A model generated the notes under the pieces. The model was not told the origin of the DNA and did not search any database. It saw only the letters and a list, made by a program, of their open reading frames with translations. The translations under genes and the position numbers were made by a program. Below, piece by piece: positions 36,849 to 49,446 of a stretch of DNA of 64,000 bases (positions are counted from its first letter, which is position 1; each line of letters opens with the position of its first letter). This DNA is from Anaeramoeba ignava BMAN (taxonomy: Eukaryota > Protista > Anaeramoebae), in NCBI GenBank assembly GCA_028826165.1, contig JAPDFW010000136.1, forward strand, positions 186,001-250,000, read 5' to 3'.

Positions 36849-39800
36849 TCATTTCTTTTCATTTCTTTCCTTTTTTGTTTCAGTTTTGGCTTTAAATTTA
36901 TCTAAAGAAATTATTATTAAATTTCCACTTTGTAAAATCATAAATTTTAAAGGAATTGGATCAGAATAATTTCTTAAAATATTTAAATTTTGAATTGAAG
37001 GAATTAATTCTAATGAATCACAACAAATAATTCTAAAAGAAGGATTTCCAGGTTTTGATTTCTTATATTTTCTTTTTTCAAAAACATCATAAGATATTTT
37101 TAAATTACAATTTAAATTTTCAATTTTATTTTTGATTTTTCTGTGTTTAATAACAATATATCCTAATCTAGATAAATAAGCGAAACATTGATATTGATGA
37201 ATAGATACTTGATTTTGAAGTAAAAGTAAATAAGCTTCTTGAAGGGAAAGAAAGTTTTTATTTTCATTTTTATTTTCATTTTTAATTTGATTTAGATTTT
37301 CGAATTGATTTTGATTTTTAATTTTATTTTCATTTTTATTTTGATTTTCAATTTGATTTTGATTTTGAATTTGAATTTGAATTTGATTTTGATTTTGATT
37401 TTGATTTTGATTTTGATTTTCATTTTCAAATTGATTTTGATTTTTATTTTGATTTTGATTTTGATTTTGATTTTGATTTTGATTTTGATTTTGAATTTGA
37501 TTTTGATTTTGATTTTGATTTTGATTTTGATTTTGGTTTTGATTTTGATTTTGATTTTGATTTTGATTTTGAATTTGATTTTGATTTTCAATTTGATTTT
37601 GAATTTGATTTTGATTTTTATTTTCATTTTGATTTTGATTTTGATTTTGATTTTGATTTTGATTTTGATTTTGATTTTGATTTTGATTTTGATTTTGATT
37701 TTCATTGATTTTGATTTTTGATTTTGATTTTGATTTTGATTTTGATTTTGATTTTGATTTTCGAATTGATTTTGATTTTTATTTTGATTTTGATTTTGAT
37801 TTTGATTTTGATTTTGATTTTGATTTTCGAATTGATTTTCGAATTGATTTTGATTTTGATTTTGATTTTGATTTTGATTTTGATTTTGATTTTGATTTTG
37901 ATTTTGATTTTGATTTTGATTTTGATTTTGATTTTGATTTTGATTTTGATTTTGATTTTGATTTTGATTTTGAATTTGAATTTGATTTTGATTTTCAATT
38001 TGATTTTGATTTTGATTTTGATTTTGATTTTGATTTTGATTTTGATTTTGATTTTGATTTTCAAATTGATTTTGATTTTTATTTTGATTTTGATTTTGAT
38101 TTTGATTTTTGATTTTGAATTTGATTTTGATTTTTGATTTTGAATTTTGATTTTCATTTTGATTTTGATTTTGATTTTTGAAATTTGATTTTGATTTTGA
38201 TTTTGATTTTGATTTTGATTTTCATTTTAATTTGATTTTGATTTGATTTTGATTGATTTTGATTTTGATTTTGATTTTGATTTTGATTTTGAATTTGATT
38301 TTGATTTTGATTTTTAAGTTGATTTTGATTTTGATTTTGATTTTGATTTTGATTTTGATTTTGATTTTGAATTTGATTTTGATTTTGAATTTGATTTTTG
38401 ATTTGATTTTGATTTTGATTTTGATTTTGATTTTCAAATTGATTTTGATTTTGATTTTGATTTTGAATTTGATTTTGATTTTGATTTTGATTTTGATTTT
38501 GATTTTGATTTTGATTTTGATTTTGATTTTTTTGATTTTGATTTTGATTTTTTTGATTTTTCAAATTGATTTTGATTTTTGATTTTGATTTTGATTTTTA
38601 ATTTGATTTTGATTTTGATTTTGATTTTGATTTTTGATTGATTTTGATTTTGAATTTGATTTTGAATTTGATTTTGATTTTGATTTTGATTTTGATTTTC
38701 AAATTGATTTTGATTTTGATTTTGATTTTGAATTTGATTTTGATTTTCGAATTGATTTTCGAATTGATTTTCGAATTGATTTTGAATTTGATTTTGATTT
38801 TCAAATTGATTTTGATTTTGATTTTGATTTTGATTTTGATTTTGATTTTGATTTTGATTTTGAATTTGATTTTGATTTTGATTTTGATTTTGATTTTGAT
38901 TTTGATTTTGAATTTGATTTTGATTTTGAATTTGATTTTGATTTTGATTTTGAATTTGAATTTGATTTTGATTTTGAATTTGATTTTGATTTTGATTTTG
39001 ATTTTGAATTTGATTTGGAGATAATATTATAATTTTTGATGTTTCTAAAAGGAAAATTGCTTCTTCAATTGTAAAATAAAAGGATTTATTAATAACTTTT
39101 CCCATTGTTTGAATACATTCTCCTTTTGGATTATCTACTTTTACAAGACAATTTTGTTGATCCCATTCACCAATCATTATTTTTTTATCTGATGCAAATC
39201 GAGAAACTGAAAATAAGTTATATAAATCTGTTCTGAATTCATTTATTTGTTGAATTTGTTCTTGTGTATTTTTGTTTTCAGAAAATTTAATTCCATGTTT
39301 TGGTAATTTTGGTTTAACTCTTTTTTGATTTTGATTTTGATTTTGAATTTGATTTTTTTTCCGTTTCTTTTTATTTTGATTTTGATTTTGATTTTGATTT
39401 TGGTTTTGATTTTGATTTTGATTTTGATTTTGATTTTGATTTTGATTTTGATTTTGATTTTGATTTTGATTTTGATTTTGATTTTTTGATTTTGATTTTG
39501 ATTTTGATTTTGATTTTGATTTTGATTTTGATTTTGATTTTGATTTTGATTTTGATTTTGATTTTGATTTTGATTTTGAATTTGATTTTGATTTTGATTT
39601 TGATTTTGATTTTGAATTTGATTTTGATTTTGATTTTGATTTTGATTTTGATTTTGATTTTCTATTTTTATTTTGATTTTGATTTTGATTTTGATTTTGA
39701 TTTTGATTTTGATTTTGATTTTGATTTTGATTTTGATTTTGATTTTTATTTTGATTTTGATTTTCATTTTCATTTTGATTTTGATTTTGATTTTGATTTT

Positions 39801-39879
39801 TTGATTTTGATTTTGATTTTGATTTTGATTTTGAATTTGATTTTGATTTTGATTTTGATTTTGATTTTTGATTTTCCAT
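36849..39879 (-). CDS. TSEN54: tRNA-splicing endonuclease subunit Sen54, interrupted by very long (CAAAAT)n tracts with frameshifts
   Basis: GEWDQQNCLVKVDNPKGECIQTMGK..TIEEAIFLLE (39200-39030); LSLQEAYLLL..YQCFAYLSRLGYIV..SYDVFEKRKYKKSKPGNPSFRI (37255-37025); TGA at 36851-36849. Confidence 0.75.
37290..39015. repeat. (ATTTTG)n hexamer array of ~1.7 kb inside TSEN54; a second array lies at 39330-39870
   Basis: Direct tandem repeat. Confidence 0.95.
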
Positions 39880-40039
39880 TTCAATTTAAATTTTGATTTT
39901 GATTTTTGTTTTGATTTTGGTTTTGATTTTAGTTTAAATTTTGAATTGAATTTGAAAAAAAAAGAAAAAAAAAATGAATTTTTCAATTTTTCAATTTTTC
40001 ATTTTTTTCATTTTTTTTAAAAAGCAAAAAAAAAACAAA

Positions 40040-40573
40040 ATGGGAGTTTGTGAAAGTTGTATGAAAAAAGCAGATCCATTTAACATAATAATGTTTGGAT
40101 TAAGTGGAGGAGGAAAAACATCAATACTTTACAAATTAAAAACAGGAACAACAGTTGAACCAGCAATAACATCAGGAGCAAATAACGAAATCATCAAAGT
40201 TGAAAATACAGAGTTTCATATTTGGGATATTGCCGGCAACGAAAGTTCTCAATCTAATTGGAAATTTTTCTGTAATTTTCCACAAGCAATTGTTTATGTT
40301 GTTGATAGTACTGATTCTCAAAAAATCTTGAAAGGAAAAGAAGAAATGAGAAAAATTGTTTTTCAACCTGATTTTAATAAACTTCCCCTTTTGGTTTTTG
40401 GTAATAAATCTGATGATCAAAATTCTATCCCTATTAATCAAGTTATGGAGCTTTTGAGTTTGAATGAAATTCAAGATCGTCAATGGTTTCTCCAAAAATC
40501 TTCTTCTGTTTCTGGTGAAGGTTTATTTGAAGGACTTAAATGGCTTTCTGATATTTTAAAAATGAATAATTGA
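40040..40573 (+). CDS. Divergent ARF/ARL-family small GTPase (true start MGVCESC at 40040)
   Basis: GLSGGGKT (G1), WDIAG (G3), VYVVDSTD, GNKSD (G4), SSVSGEGLFEGLKWL; Gly2 myristoylation site. Confidence 0.9.
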   Translation: MGVCESCMKKADPFNIIMFGLSGGGKTSILYKLKTGTTVEPAITSGANNEIIKVENTEFHIWDIAGNESSQSNWKFFCNFPQAIVYVVDSTDSQKILKGKEEMRKIVFQPDFNKLPLLVFGNKSDDQNSIPINQVMELLSLNEIQDRQWFLQKSSSVSGEGLFEGLKWLSDILKMNN

Positions 40574-40654
40574 TCCAAGTTTATTTTTTCTTTTTTTTAT
40601 TTTGATTTTAATTTTGATTTTAATTTTGATTTAAATTTTAATTTTAATTTTTAA

Positions 40655-40956
40655 ATTAATAAATCAAATAAATTTGGATTTGTTTGATTTAATTGAAAAT
40701 AATCAATTCCAATTTCAATTTCATTAATGATTTCTTGTGTAATTTGAATTTCTTCTTAAATTTGATTTGAATAAATCCAATATTCAAATATTTGAAATGA
40801 TTTATTACTTAATTCACTATAATCTGTAACTTTATTAGAAGTATCATTTGTTACAGATAAAAACATTCCTCGATATAATTCACTTCTCATTATTAATATT
40901 AATTTAGGAAATTTATATTGTTTTTCTTTTCTTTCAATTATAAAATATTTTTCATT
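40655..40956 (-). pseudogene. 3' fragment of an RCC1-BTB gene with an in-frame stop
   Basis: Encodes ..FIIERKEKQYKFPKLILIMRSELYRGMFLSV..IDYFQLNQTNPNLFDLLI with ATT TAA at ~40757; no upstream gene body. Confidence 0.85.
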
Positions 40957-42069
40957 AATTTATTTCCAAAATGGAATAAAGAATATTAAATAACTAAATT
41001 TAAAATTAATTATATTTTATATATTTTATTAATATTTCTTTATTTAAAATAATATAAAATTATTCTCAATAATTTAATAAAATTAATAAAATATTTTCAT
41101 TAATTTATTTCAAAAATGGAATAAAGAATAATTAAATTTAAAATAATTAAATTTAAAAAATTAAAATTATTCCCAATATAAAATCTTTTTCATTTTTATT
41201 TTAATATTTCTTTATTTAAAATAATATAAAATTATTCTCAATAATTTAATAAAATTTGAAAAGAAAAATTGAAATATTTTAATAAAGATAAATATTTATT
41301 TTTAATAATATTTAACAATAATTTAATCTAAATTTATTTTATTTTTAATTTGAAATAATATTTTTATTTATTATATTAATATTTTTGATTATTTATTATT
41401 CCAATTTTAATTATAATAAAATATATTAAAAATTGGAATAAATATTTTAATAAAGATAAATATTTATTTTTAATAATATTTAATAATAATTTATTTTAAA
41501 TTTATTTTATTTTAATCTGAAATAATGTTTTTATTTATTATATTAATATTTTTAATTATTTATTATTCCAATTTTAATTATAATAAAATATATTAAAAAT
41601 AAAATTAAAAAATTAAAAAATTTTAAATAAATTGAATTTAACATGATTGAATAAGATAAACTTTCTAAAAAAAATAATTTACTAATTATTCTATTTTTGA
41701 TTTTGATTATAATTCATTAATATTTAAATATTAATTAATAATAAATTTTATTTGATTTTTTTTATTTTAATATTTTAATTAATGAATTTAAATTTAATTA
41801 TTATTAATTTCTATTTTCAATTTTTATTTTTATTTATATTATTAAAAATATTCAATTTTTAAAATTTATTATTTTTTTTTTGGATTATTTTTTATTAATT
41901 AAATTTTTAATAAATATTTTAAATTAAAATTAAATTATTTAAAATTAAATTTGTTTCTTATTTATTATTTTAAAGAAATTAATTTGATTAAAAGTAAATT
42001 AAAATTGAATTAAATTTTGAAAAAAAAAATTAAAAAAAAAAGTTTGATTTTCTTATTATTAATTAATTT

Positions 42070-43714
42070 TTAAATGAAATAAGTTTCAACTTCATCAACA
42101 ACCCATTTATCATAAGAACCAGCTAAATAACTTTTAGCTTCATTTGTATCATAAGTAATTCCATTAGGTAGATTATAACTATAACCAAAATTTGACCAAC
42201 CAGTTTGTAAATTAGAATTAATTCCAAAATCAGCTCCATAATAATCACCAAACATTGGACCATTACTTAAACCAGAATAAATTGCATATTGAGGTTCTTT
42301 ACAAGTAAACTTTGCAGGTATTCTATCCCCTTTATCATTTCTTAATGAAAAAATAAATGCATTTGAATCATTAATGTTTCTTGTATTTCCATTAAATCCA
42401 ACTTTAGTAAAACCTCCAAAAATAAAATTATCTTTTGTTTTGATAATAACTAATGTTTTTCCTTTCCCATCAACTGCTTTATGCCAATTTTGAGAATTAA
42501 ATCCATCTCTTTTTGCTGAAAATCCTTTTTTCATTTTAGAAAAAAAATCATTATCATTTATCCATTCTTGTAATTTCTTAGCATATTCAATCTCTTTAAT
42601 AATTTCTGAATCTGAAAAAATCTTTTGTAATTCCATTAATTCAAATTTGGATTTAAGTTCTTCAACTTCTTTCTTCCATTTATCTTCAATTTCTTTGTTT
42701 TTATTTTCAATTTCCTTCTCTTTATTCTCAACTTCTTTCTTCCATTTCTCTTCAATTTCTTTCTTCCATTTCTCTTCAATTTCCTTTTCTTTGTTTTCAA
42801 TTTCTTTATTTTTATCTTCAATTTCCTTCTCTTTGTTTTCAATTTCTTTTTGATTATCTTGAATAACTTTGTTTTGAATATCAACTAAAAAAGAATTAGG
42901 AAAAAAATCAAATTGTTTTAATTTATCGAAATCTTGTTTTGAAATTGAATCTTTATCAAATAATGAAAAAAAAGAATGAAATAATCTTTTCTTTTCAATT
43001 CCCTTTTCTTTTTCTTTTTCTTTTTCTTTCTTTCCTTTTAATCTTTGATTTCTTTTTTCAATCCAATTATTTAAAAATTGAAAAAAATCAAATTGAAAAA
43101 TTTCTTTTTTTTCTTGTTTAAATTGAATAAATTTGATAATTTCTTCTTTAGTTAAATTGAATAAATTCTCATTATTTTGAATTTGGGAAAAATTTTGATT
43201 TATTAATTCAAAACATTTTATTTCAATTTCATTTGAATTTAAATTTCGATTTTGGAATAAAAATTGGAAAAATTTGAATAATTAATTGAATTTGAAATTT
43301 TTTTTGAATAATTTCTTTCAATAAATTTAATTTAAAATAAATTGAAATTTCCAATAATTGGATAAGATTTTCTTGATTCTCAAAAGGAATATTTCCATAA
43401 TAAATATAACTCAAAATTGATTCCATTTCTTTTTTATTAAATTGATTTAAAGAAATAGAAAGAGATTCTTGCCTTAATGACTCATTAAAAAAAGGAGATC
43501 TTGAAGATAAAATTGATTTATGAACTTTAATTTCAAAAGGATTTGATTTATTCTCAACAAAAATTGAAAAATCTTTAAATGAATTTCCATTTAAAAGGTT
43601 TGAATAATCTTTAATTAAATTTTTTGTTACTTTTTTTTCTAAATTTTTCATTTCATTTTCATTTTGATTTTGATTTGCATTTTCAATTTGGTTATTATTA
43701 TTATTATTATCCAT
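42070..43714 (-). CDS. BTB/POZ-(BACK-like)-coiled-coil-TLDc protein, copy A (homopolymer frameshifts ~43270-43305)
   Basis: DFSIFV..EIKVHKSILSSRSPFF (BTB); FSAKRDGF..WHKAVDGKGKTLVIIKT..IFGGFT..AFIFSL..GPMFG..EVETY (TLDc). Confidence 0.85.
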
Positions 43715-44119
43715 TTTGTGTTTTTTGTTTTTTGTTTTTTGTGTTTTTTGTTTTTTTGTGTTTTTAAAAAAAAAGGAAAAAAATGAAAAAAAAAATTTAA
43801 AAAAAATATGAATAAAAAAAGTGGATTTTGAAAATAAATAAAAATACAAAAAATAAGAATAAATTTAAATTAATAATTAATTTAATTTTCTTTTTAATTT
43901 ATTATTTTAAATTAATTTATTAATAAATTATTATTATTTTTTATTAATTTTTTTTATTAAAAAAAAAGGAAAATTATTTTAATTTAATTTTTAATTTAAT
44001 TTTTTTTTTGGAATTTAAAAATTATTAATAAATTTAAATTTTAAAACAAATTTCTAAATTAATATTAATTCAATTTAATTCAAAAATATAAAATTTTAAT
44101 TTCAAAAATCAATTTTCAA

Positions 44120-44960
44120 AATATTTTTAAATAATAAAATATTTAAATCTAAAACATTAAATTATTATTTTAATAATAAAATTAAATATTAAATTATATT
44201 TTTAAATTAATTTATAAATTAAATATTAAATTAAATCTATTCTTATTTTTATATTTATATTTTAAATATTTAAAATAACAAAATATTTAAATCTAAAACA
44301 ATAAATTATTATTTTAAACATGAAATTAAATATTAAATTATATTTTTAAATTAATTTTATAAATTAAATATTAAATTAAACCTATTTTCATTTTTATATT
44401 TATATTTTAAATATTTAAATAACAAAATATTTAAATCTAAAACAATAAATTATTATTTTAATAATGGAATTAAATATTAAATTATATTTTTAAATTAATT
44501 TATAAATTAAATATTAAATTAAATCTATTCTTATTTTTATATTTATATGTTAAATATTTAAATAATAAAATATTTAAATCTAAAACATTAAATTATTATT
44601 TTAATAATAAAATTAAATATTAAATTATATTTTTAAATTAATTTTTAAATTAAATATTAAATTAAATCTGTTCTCATTTTTATATTTATATGTTTAATAT
44701 TTAAATAATAAAATATTTTAAATCTAAAACAATAAATTATTATTTTAATAATAAAATTAAATATTAAATTATATTTTTAAATTAATTTATAAATTGAATA
44801 TTAAATTAAATTTATTCTCATTTTTTATATTTATATGTTAAATATTTAAATAATAAAATATTTAACTCTAAAACAATAAATTATTATTTTAATTTTGAAT
44901 TTAATTTTAATTATATTTTTAAATTAATTTATAAATTAAATATTAAATTAAACTTGTTCT
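44120..44960. repeat. ~144-bp minisatellite, 6 copies
   Basis: TCTAAAACA anchor at 44148, 44292, 44436, 44579, 44723, 44867. Confidence 0.9.
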
Positions 44961-44968
44961 CATTTTCT

Positions 44969-45298
44969 TTATTGATTTTGATTATTAAATTTTTTAATTA
45001 ATAAATCAAATAAATTTGGATTTGTTTGATTTAATTGAAAATAATCAATTCCTCCTTCTAAGTCATCAATAATTTCTTGTGTAATTTGAATTTCTTCTTT
45101 AATTTGATTTGAATAAATCCAATATTCAAATATTTGAAATGATTTATTACTTAATTCACTATAATCTGTAACTTTATTAGATTTATCTTCTGTTACAGAT
45201 AAAAACATTCCTCGATATAATTCACTTCTCATTATTAATATTAATTTAGGAAATTTATATTGTTTTTCTTTTCTTTCAATTATAAAATCTTTTTCATT
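44969..45298 (-). pseudogene. Second 3' fragment of an RCC1-BTB gene
   Basis: Nearly identical to 49447-49776 and truncated at the same point as the 40655 fragment. Confidence 0.85.
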
Positions 45299-45865
45299 AA
45301 TTTATTTCAAAAATGGAATAAAGAATATTAAATAATTAAATTTAAAATTAATTATATTTTATATATTTTATTAATATTTCTTTATTTAAAATAATATAAA
45401 ATAATTCCCAATAATTTAATAAAATTAATAAAATATTTTCATTAATTTATTTCAAAAATGAAATAAAGAATATTAAATAATTAAATTTAAAATTAATTAT
45501 ATTTTATATATTTTATTAATGTTTCTTTATTTAGAATAATATAAAATTATTCTCAATAATTTAATAAAATTAATAAAATATTTTAATTAATTTATTTCAA
45601 AAATAAAATCAAGAATATTAAATAATTAAATTTAAAATTAATTCTATTTTATATATTTTATTAATATTTCTTTATTTAAAATAATATAAAATTATTCCCA
45701 ATAATTTAATAAAATTTATAAAATATTTTAATTAATTTATTTCAAAAATGGAATAAAGAATATTAAATAATTAAATTTAAAATTAATTCTATTTTTATAT
45801 ATTTTATTAATGTTTCTTTATTTAAAATAATATAAAATTATTCCCAATAATTTAATAAAATTGAA
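45299..45865. repeat. 145-bp minisatellite, 4 copies (2 copies at 40957-41255)
   Basis: Anchor at 45313, 45458, 45603, 45748; also 40971 and 41116. Confidence 0.88.
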
Positions 45866-46667
45866 AAGAAAATTGAAATATTTTAATAAATATAAATATT
45901 TATTTTTAATAATATTTAATAATAATTTAATTTAAATTTATTTCATTTTAATCTGAAATAATATTTTTATTTATTATATTAATATTTTTAATTATTTATT
46001 ATTTTAATTTTAATTATAATAAAATATATTAAAAAAGTGGAATAAATATTTTAATAAATATAAATATTTAATTTTAATAATATTTAATAATAATTTAATC
46101 TAAATTTATTTCATTTTAATTTGATATAATATTTTTATTTATTATATTAATATTTTTAATTATTTATTATTCCAATTTTAATTATAATAAAATATATTAA
46201 AAATAAAATTAAAAATTAAAAATTTTAAATAAATTGAATTTAACATGATTGAATAAGATAAACTTTCTAAAAATAATTTACTAATTATTCTATTTTTGAT
46301 TTTGATTATAATTTATTAATATTTAAATATTAATTAATAATAAATTTTATTTGATTTTTATTTTAATATTTTAATTAATGAATTTAAATTTAATTATTAT
46401 TAATTTCTATTTTCAATTTTTATTTTTATTTATTATATTAAAAATATTCAATTTTTTAAAATTTATTATTTTTTTTTTTGGATTATTTTTTATTAATTAA
46501 ATTTTTAATAAATATTTTAAATTAAAATTAAATTATTTAAAATTAAATTTGTTTTTTATTTATTATTTTAAAGAAATTAATTTGATTAAAAGTAAATTAA
46601 AATTGAATTAAATTTTGAAAAAAAAAATTAAAAAAAAAAGTTTGATTTTCTTATTATTAATTAATTT

Positions 46668-48360
46668 TTAAATGAAATAAGATTCAAGTTCATCAACAAC
46701 CCATTTATTAGGAGAACCAGCTAAATAACTTTTAGCTTCATTTGTTCCTTCTTTAATTCCATTAGGTAGATTATAACTACAACCAAAATTTGACCAACCA
46801 GTTTGTAAATCAGAATTAATTCCAAAATCAGCTCCATTACCAAAAACTGGACCATAACTTAAATAAGAATAAATTGCACGAACTTTGCCATTATATGTAA
46901 ACTTTGCAGGTATTCTATCCCCTTTATCATTTCTTAATGAAAAAATAAATGCATTTGAATCATTAATGTTTCTTGTATTTCCATTAAATCCAACTTGAGT
47001 AAAACCTCCAAAAATAAAATTATCTTTTGTTTTGATAATAACTAATGTTTTTCCTTTCCCATCAACTGCTTTATGCCAATTTTGAGAATCAAATCCATCT
47101 CTTTTTGCTGAAAATCCTTTTTTCATTTTAGAAAAAAAATCATTATCATTTATCCATTCTTGTAATTTATTAACATATTCAATATCTTTAATAATTTCTG
47201 AATCTGAAAATTGAGGAAAATTCTTTCTTAATTCAATCTCCATTTGATATTGATCAAAAATAGGTTTCATTTTCTCATTCTCTTCTTTCATTTTCTCAAC
47301 TTCTTTGTTTTTATCTTCAATTTCTTTGTTTTTATCTTCAATTTCCTTTTCTTTGTTTTCAACTTCTTTCTTCCATTTCTCTTCAATTTCAATTTTCATT
47401 TGTTGATTTTCTTTCTCTTTATCTTCAACTTCTTTCTTCCATTTCTCTTCAATTTCCTTCTCTTTCTTTTCAATTTCTTTTTGATTATCTTGAATAACTT
47501 TGTTTTGAATATCAACTAAAAAAGATTTAGGAAAAAAATCAAATTGTTTTAATTTATCAAAATCTTGTTTTGAAATTGAATCTTTATCAAATAATGAAAA
47601 AAAAGAATGAAATAATCTTTTCTTTTCAATTCCCTTTTCTTTTTCTTTTTCTTTTTCTTTTTCTTTCTTTCCTTTTAATCTTTGATTTCTTTTTTCAATC
47701 CAATTATTTAAAAATTGAAAAAAATCAAATTGAAAAATTTCTTTTTTTTCTTGTTTAAATTGAATAAATTTGATAATTTCTTCTTTAGTTAAATTGAATA
47801 AATTTTCATTATTTTGAATTTGGGAAAAATTTTGATTTATTAATTCAAAACATTTTATTTCAATTTCATTTGAATTTAAATTTCGATTTTGGAATAAAAA
47901 TTGGAAAAAATTTGAATAATTAATTGAATTTGAAATTTTTTTTTGAATAATTTCTTTCAATAAATCTAATTTAAAATAAATTGAAATTTCCAATAATTGG
48001 AGAAGATTTTCTTGATTCTCAAAAAGAAATATTTCCATAATAAATATAACTCAAAATTGATTCCATTTCTTTTTATTAAATTGATTTAAAAAGAAATAGA
48101 AAGAGATTCTTGCCTTAATGACTCATTAAAAAAGGAGATCTTGAAGATAAAATTGATTTATGAACTTTAATTTCAAAAGGATTTGATTTATTCTCAACAA
48201 AAATTGAAAAATCTTTAAATGAATTTCCATTTAAAAGGTTTGAATAATCTTTAATTAAATTTTTTGTTACTTTTTTTTCTAAATTTTTCATTTCATTTTC
48301 ATTTTCATTTTGATTTTGATTTGCATTTTCAATTTGGTTATTATTATTATTATTATCCAT
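46668..48360 (-). CDS. BTB/POZ-coiled-coil-TLDc protein, copy B (frameshifts ~48040-48135)
   Basis: Paralog of 42070-43714; ORFs 48115-48360 and 46668-48038 join when homopolymers are corrected against copy A. Confidence 0.85.
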
Positions 48361-48739
48361 TTTGTTTTTGTTTTTGTGTTTTGTTTTTGTTTTTAAAAAG
48401 GAAAAATGAAAAAAAAATGAAAAATGAATAAAAAAAGTGGATTTTGAAAATAAATAAAAATATAAAAAATGAGAATAAATTTAAATTAATAATTAATTTA
48501 ATTTTCTTTTTAATTTATTATTTTAAATTAATTTATTAATAAATTATTATTATTTTTATTAATTTTTATTATTAAAAAAAAAGGAAAATTATTTTAATTT
48601 AATTTTTAATTTAATTTTTTTTTTTGGAATTTAAAAATTATTAATAAATTTAAATTTTAAAAACAAATTTCCAAATTAATATTAATTCAATTTAATTCAA
48701 AAAGATAAAATTTTAATTTCAAAAATCAATTTTCAAAAT

Positions 48740-49440
48740 ATGTTTAAATAATAAAATATTTAAATCTAAAACATTAAATTATTATTTTAATAATAAAATT
48801 AAATATTAAATTATATTTTTAAATTAATTTATAAATTAAATATTTAAATTAAACTTATTCTTATTTTTATATTTATATGTTTAAATATTTAAATAATAAA
48901 ATATTTAAATCTAAAACAATAAATTATTATTTTAATAATAAAATTAAATATTAAATTATATTTTTAAATTAATTTTTAAATTAAATATTAAATTAAACCT
49001 ATTCTTCATTTTTATATTTTATGTTAAATATTTAAATAATAAAATATTTAAATCTAAAACATTAAATTATTATTTTAATAATAAAAATTAAATATTAAAT
49101 TATATTTTTAAATTAATTTATAAATTAAATATTAAATTAAATTTATTCTCATTTTTTATATTTATATGTTTAATATTTAAATAATAAAATATTTAAATCT
49201 AAAACAATAAATTATTATTTTAATAATAAAATTAAATATTAAATTATATTTTTAAATTAATTTATAAATTGAATATTAAATTAAATTTATTCTCATTTTT
49301 TATATTTATATGTTTAATATTTAAATAATAAAATATTTAAATCTAAAACATTAAATTATTATTTTAAATAACAAAATTAAATATTAAATTATATTTTTAA
49401 ATTAATTTATAAATTAAATATTAAATTAAACTTGTTCTCA
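48740..49440. repeat. ~144-bp minisatellite, 5 copies
   Basis: Anchor at 48765, 48910, 49053, 49198, 49342. Confidence 0.9.
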
Positions 49441-49446
49441 TTTTCT

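Larger units (their letters stand above)
40655..49446. repeat. Two tandem copies (40655-44968 and 44969-49446) of a ~4.3-4.5 kb unit: RCC1-BTB 3' fragment, spacer, BTB-TLDc gene, spacer
   Basis: Spacers are near-identical, e.g. ACATGATTGAATAAGATAAACTTTCT at ~41641 and ~46243, and GTGGATTTTGAAAATAAAT at ~43821 and ~48437. Confidence 0.92.

Noticed and set aside
39974-40039. ORF-track N-terminal extensions (ARF 39974, BTB-TLDc 43849, TPR 16374)
   Set aside because: They run through promoter or intron sequence; better starts or acceptors are at 40040, 43714 and 16325
44969-45232. Stand-alone 87-aa gene or alternative last exon
   Set aside because: Starts mid-BTB with no promoter-like motif; the sister fragment at 40655 lacks the candidate acceptor AG and has a stop
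44120-45865. CRISPR-like array
   Set aside because: Whole units are repeated with no unique spacers; no cas genes; eukaryotic context
40655-49446. Autonomous transposon (Helitron, LTR or TIR element) as the duplicated unit
   Set aside because: No transposase, Rep/helicase or RT coding sequence, and no terminal inverted repeats or target-site duplication recognised
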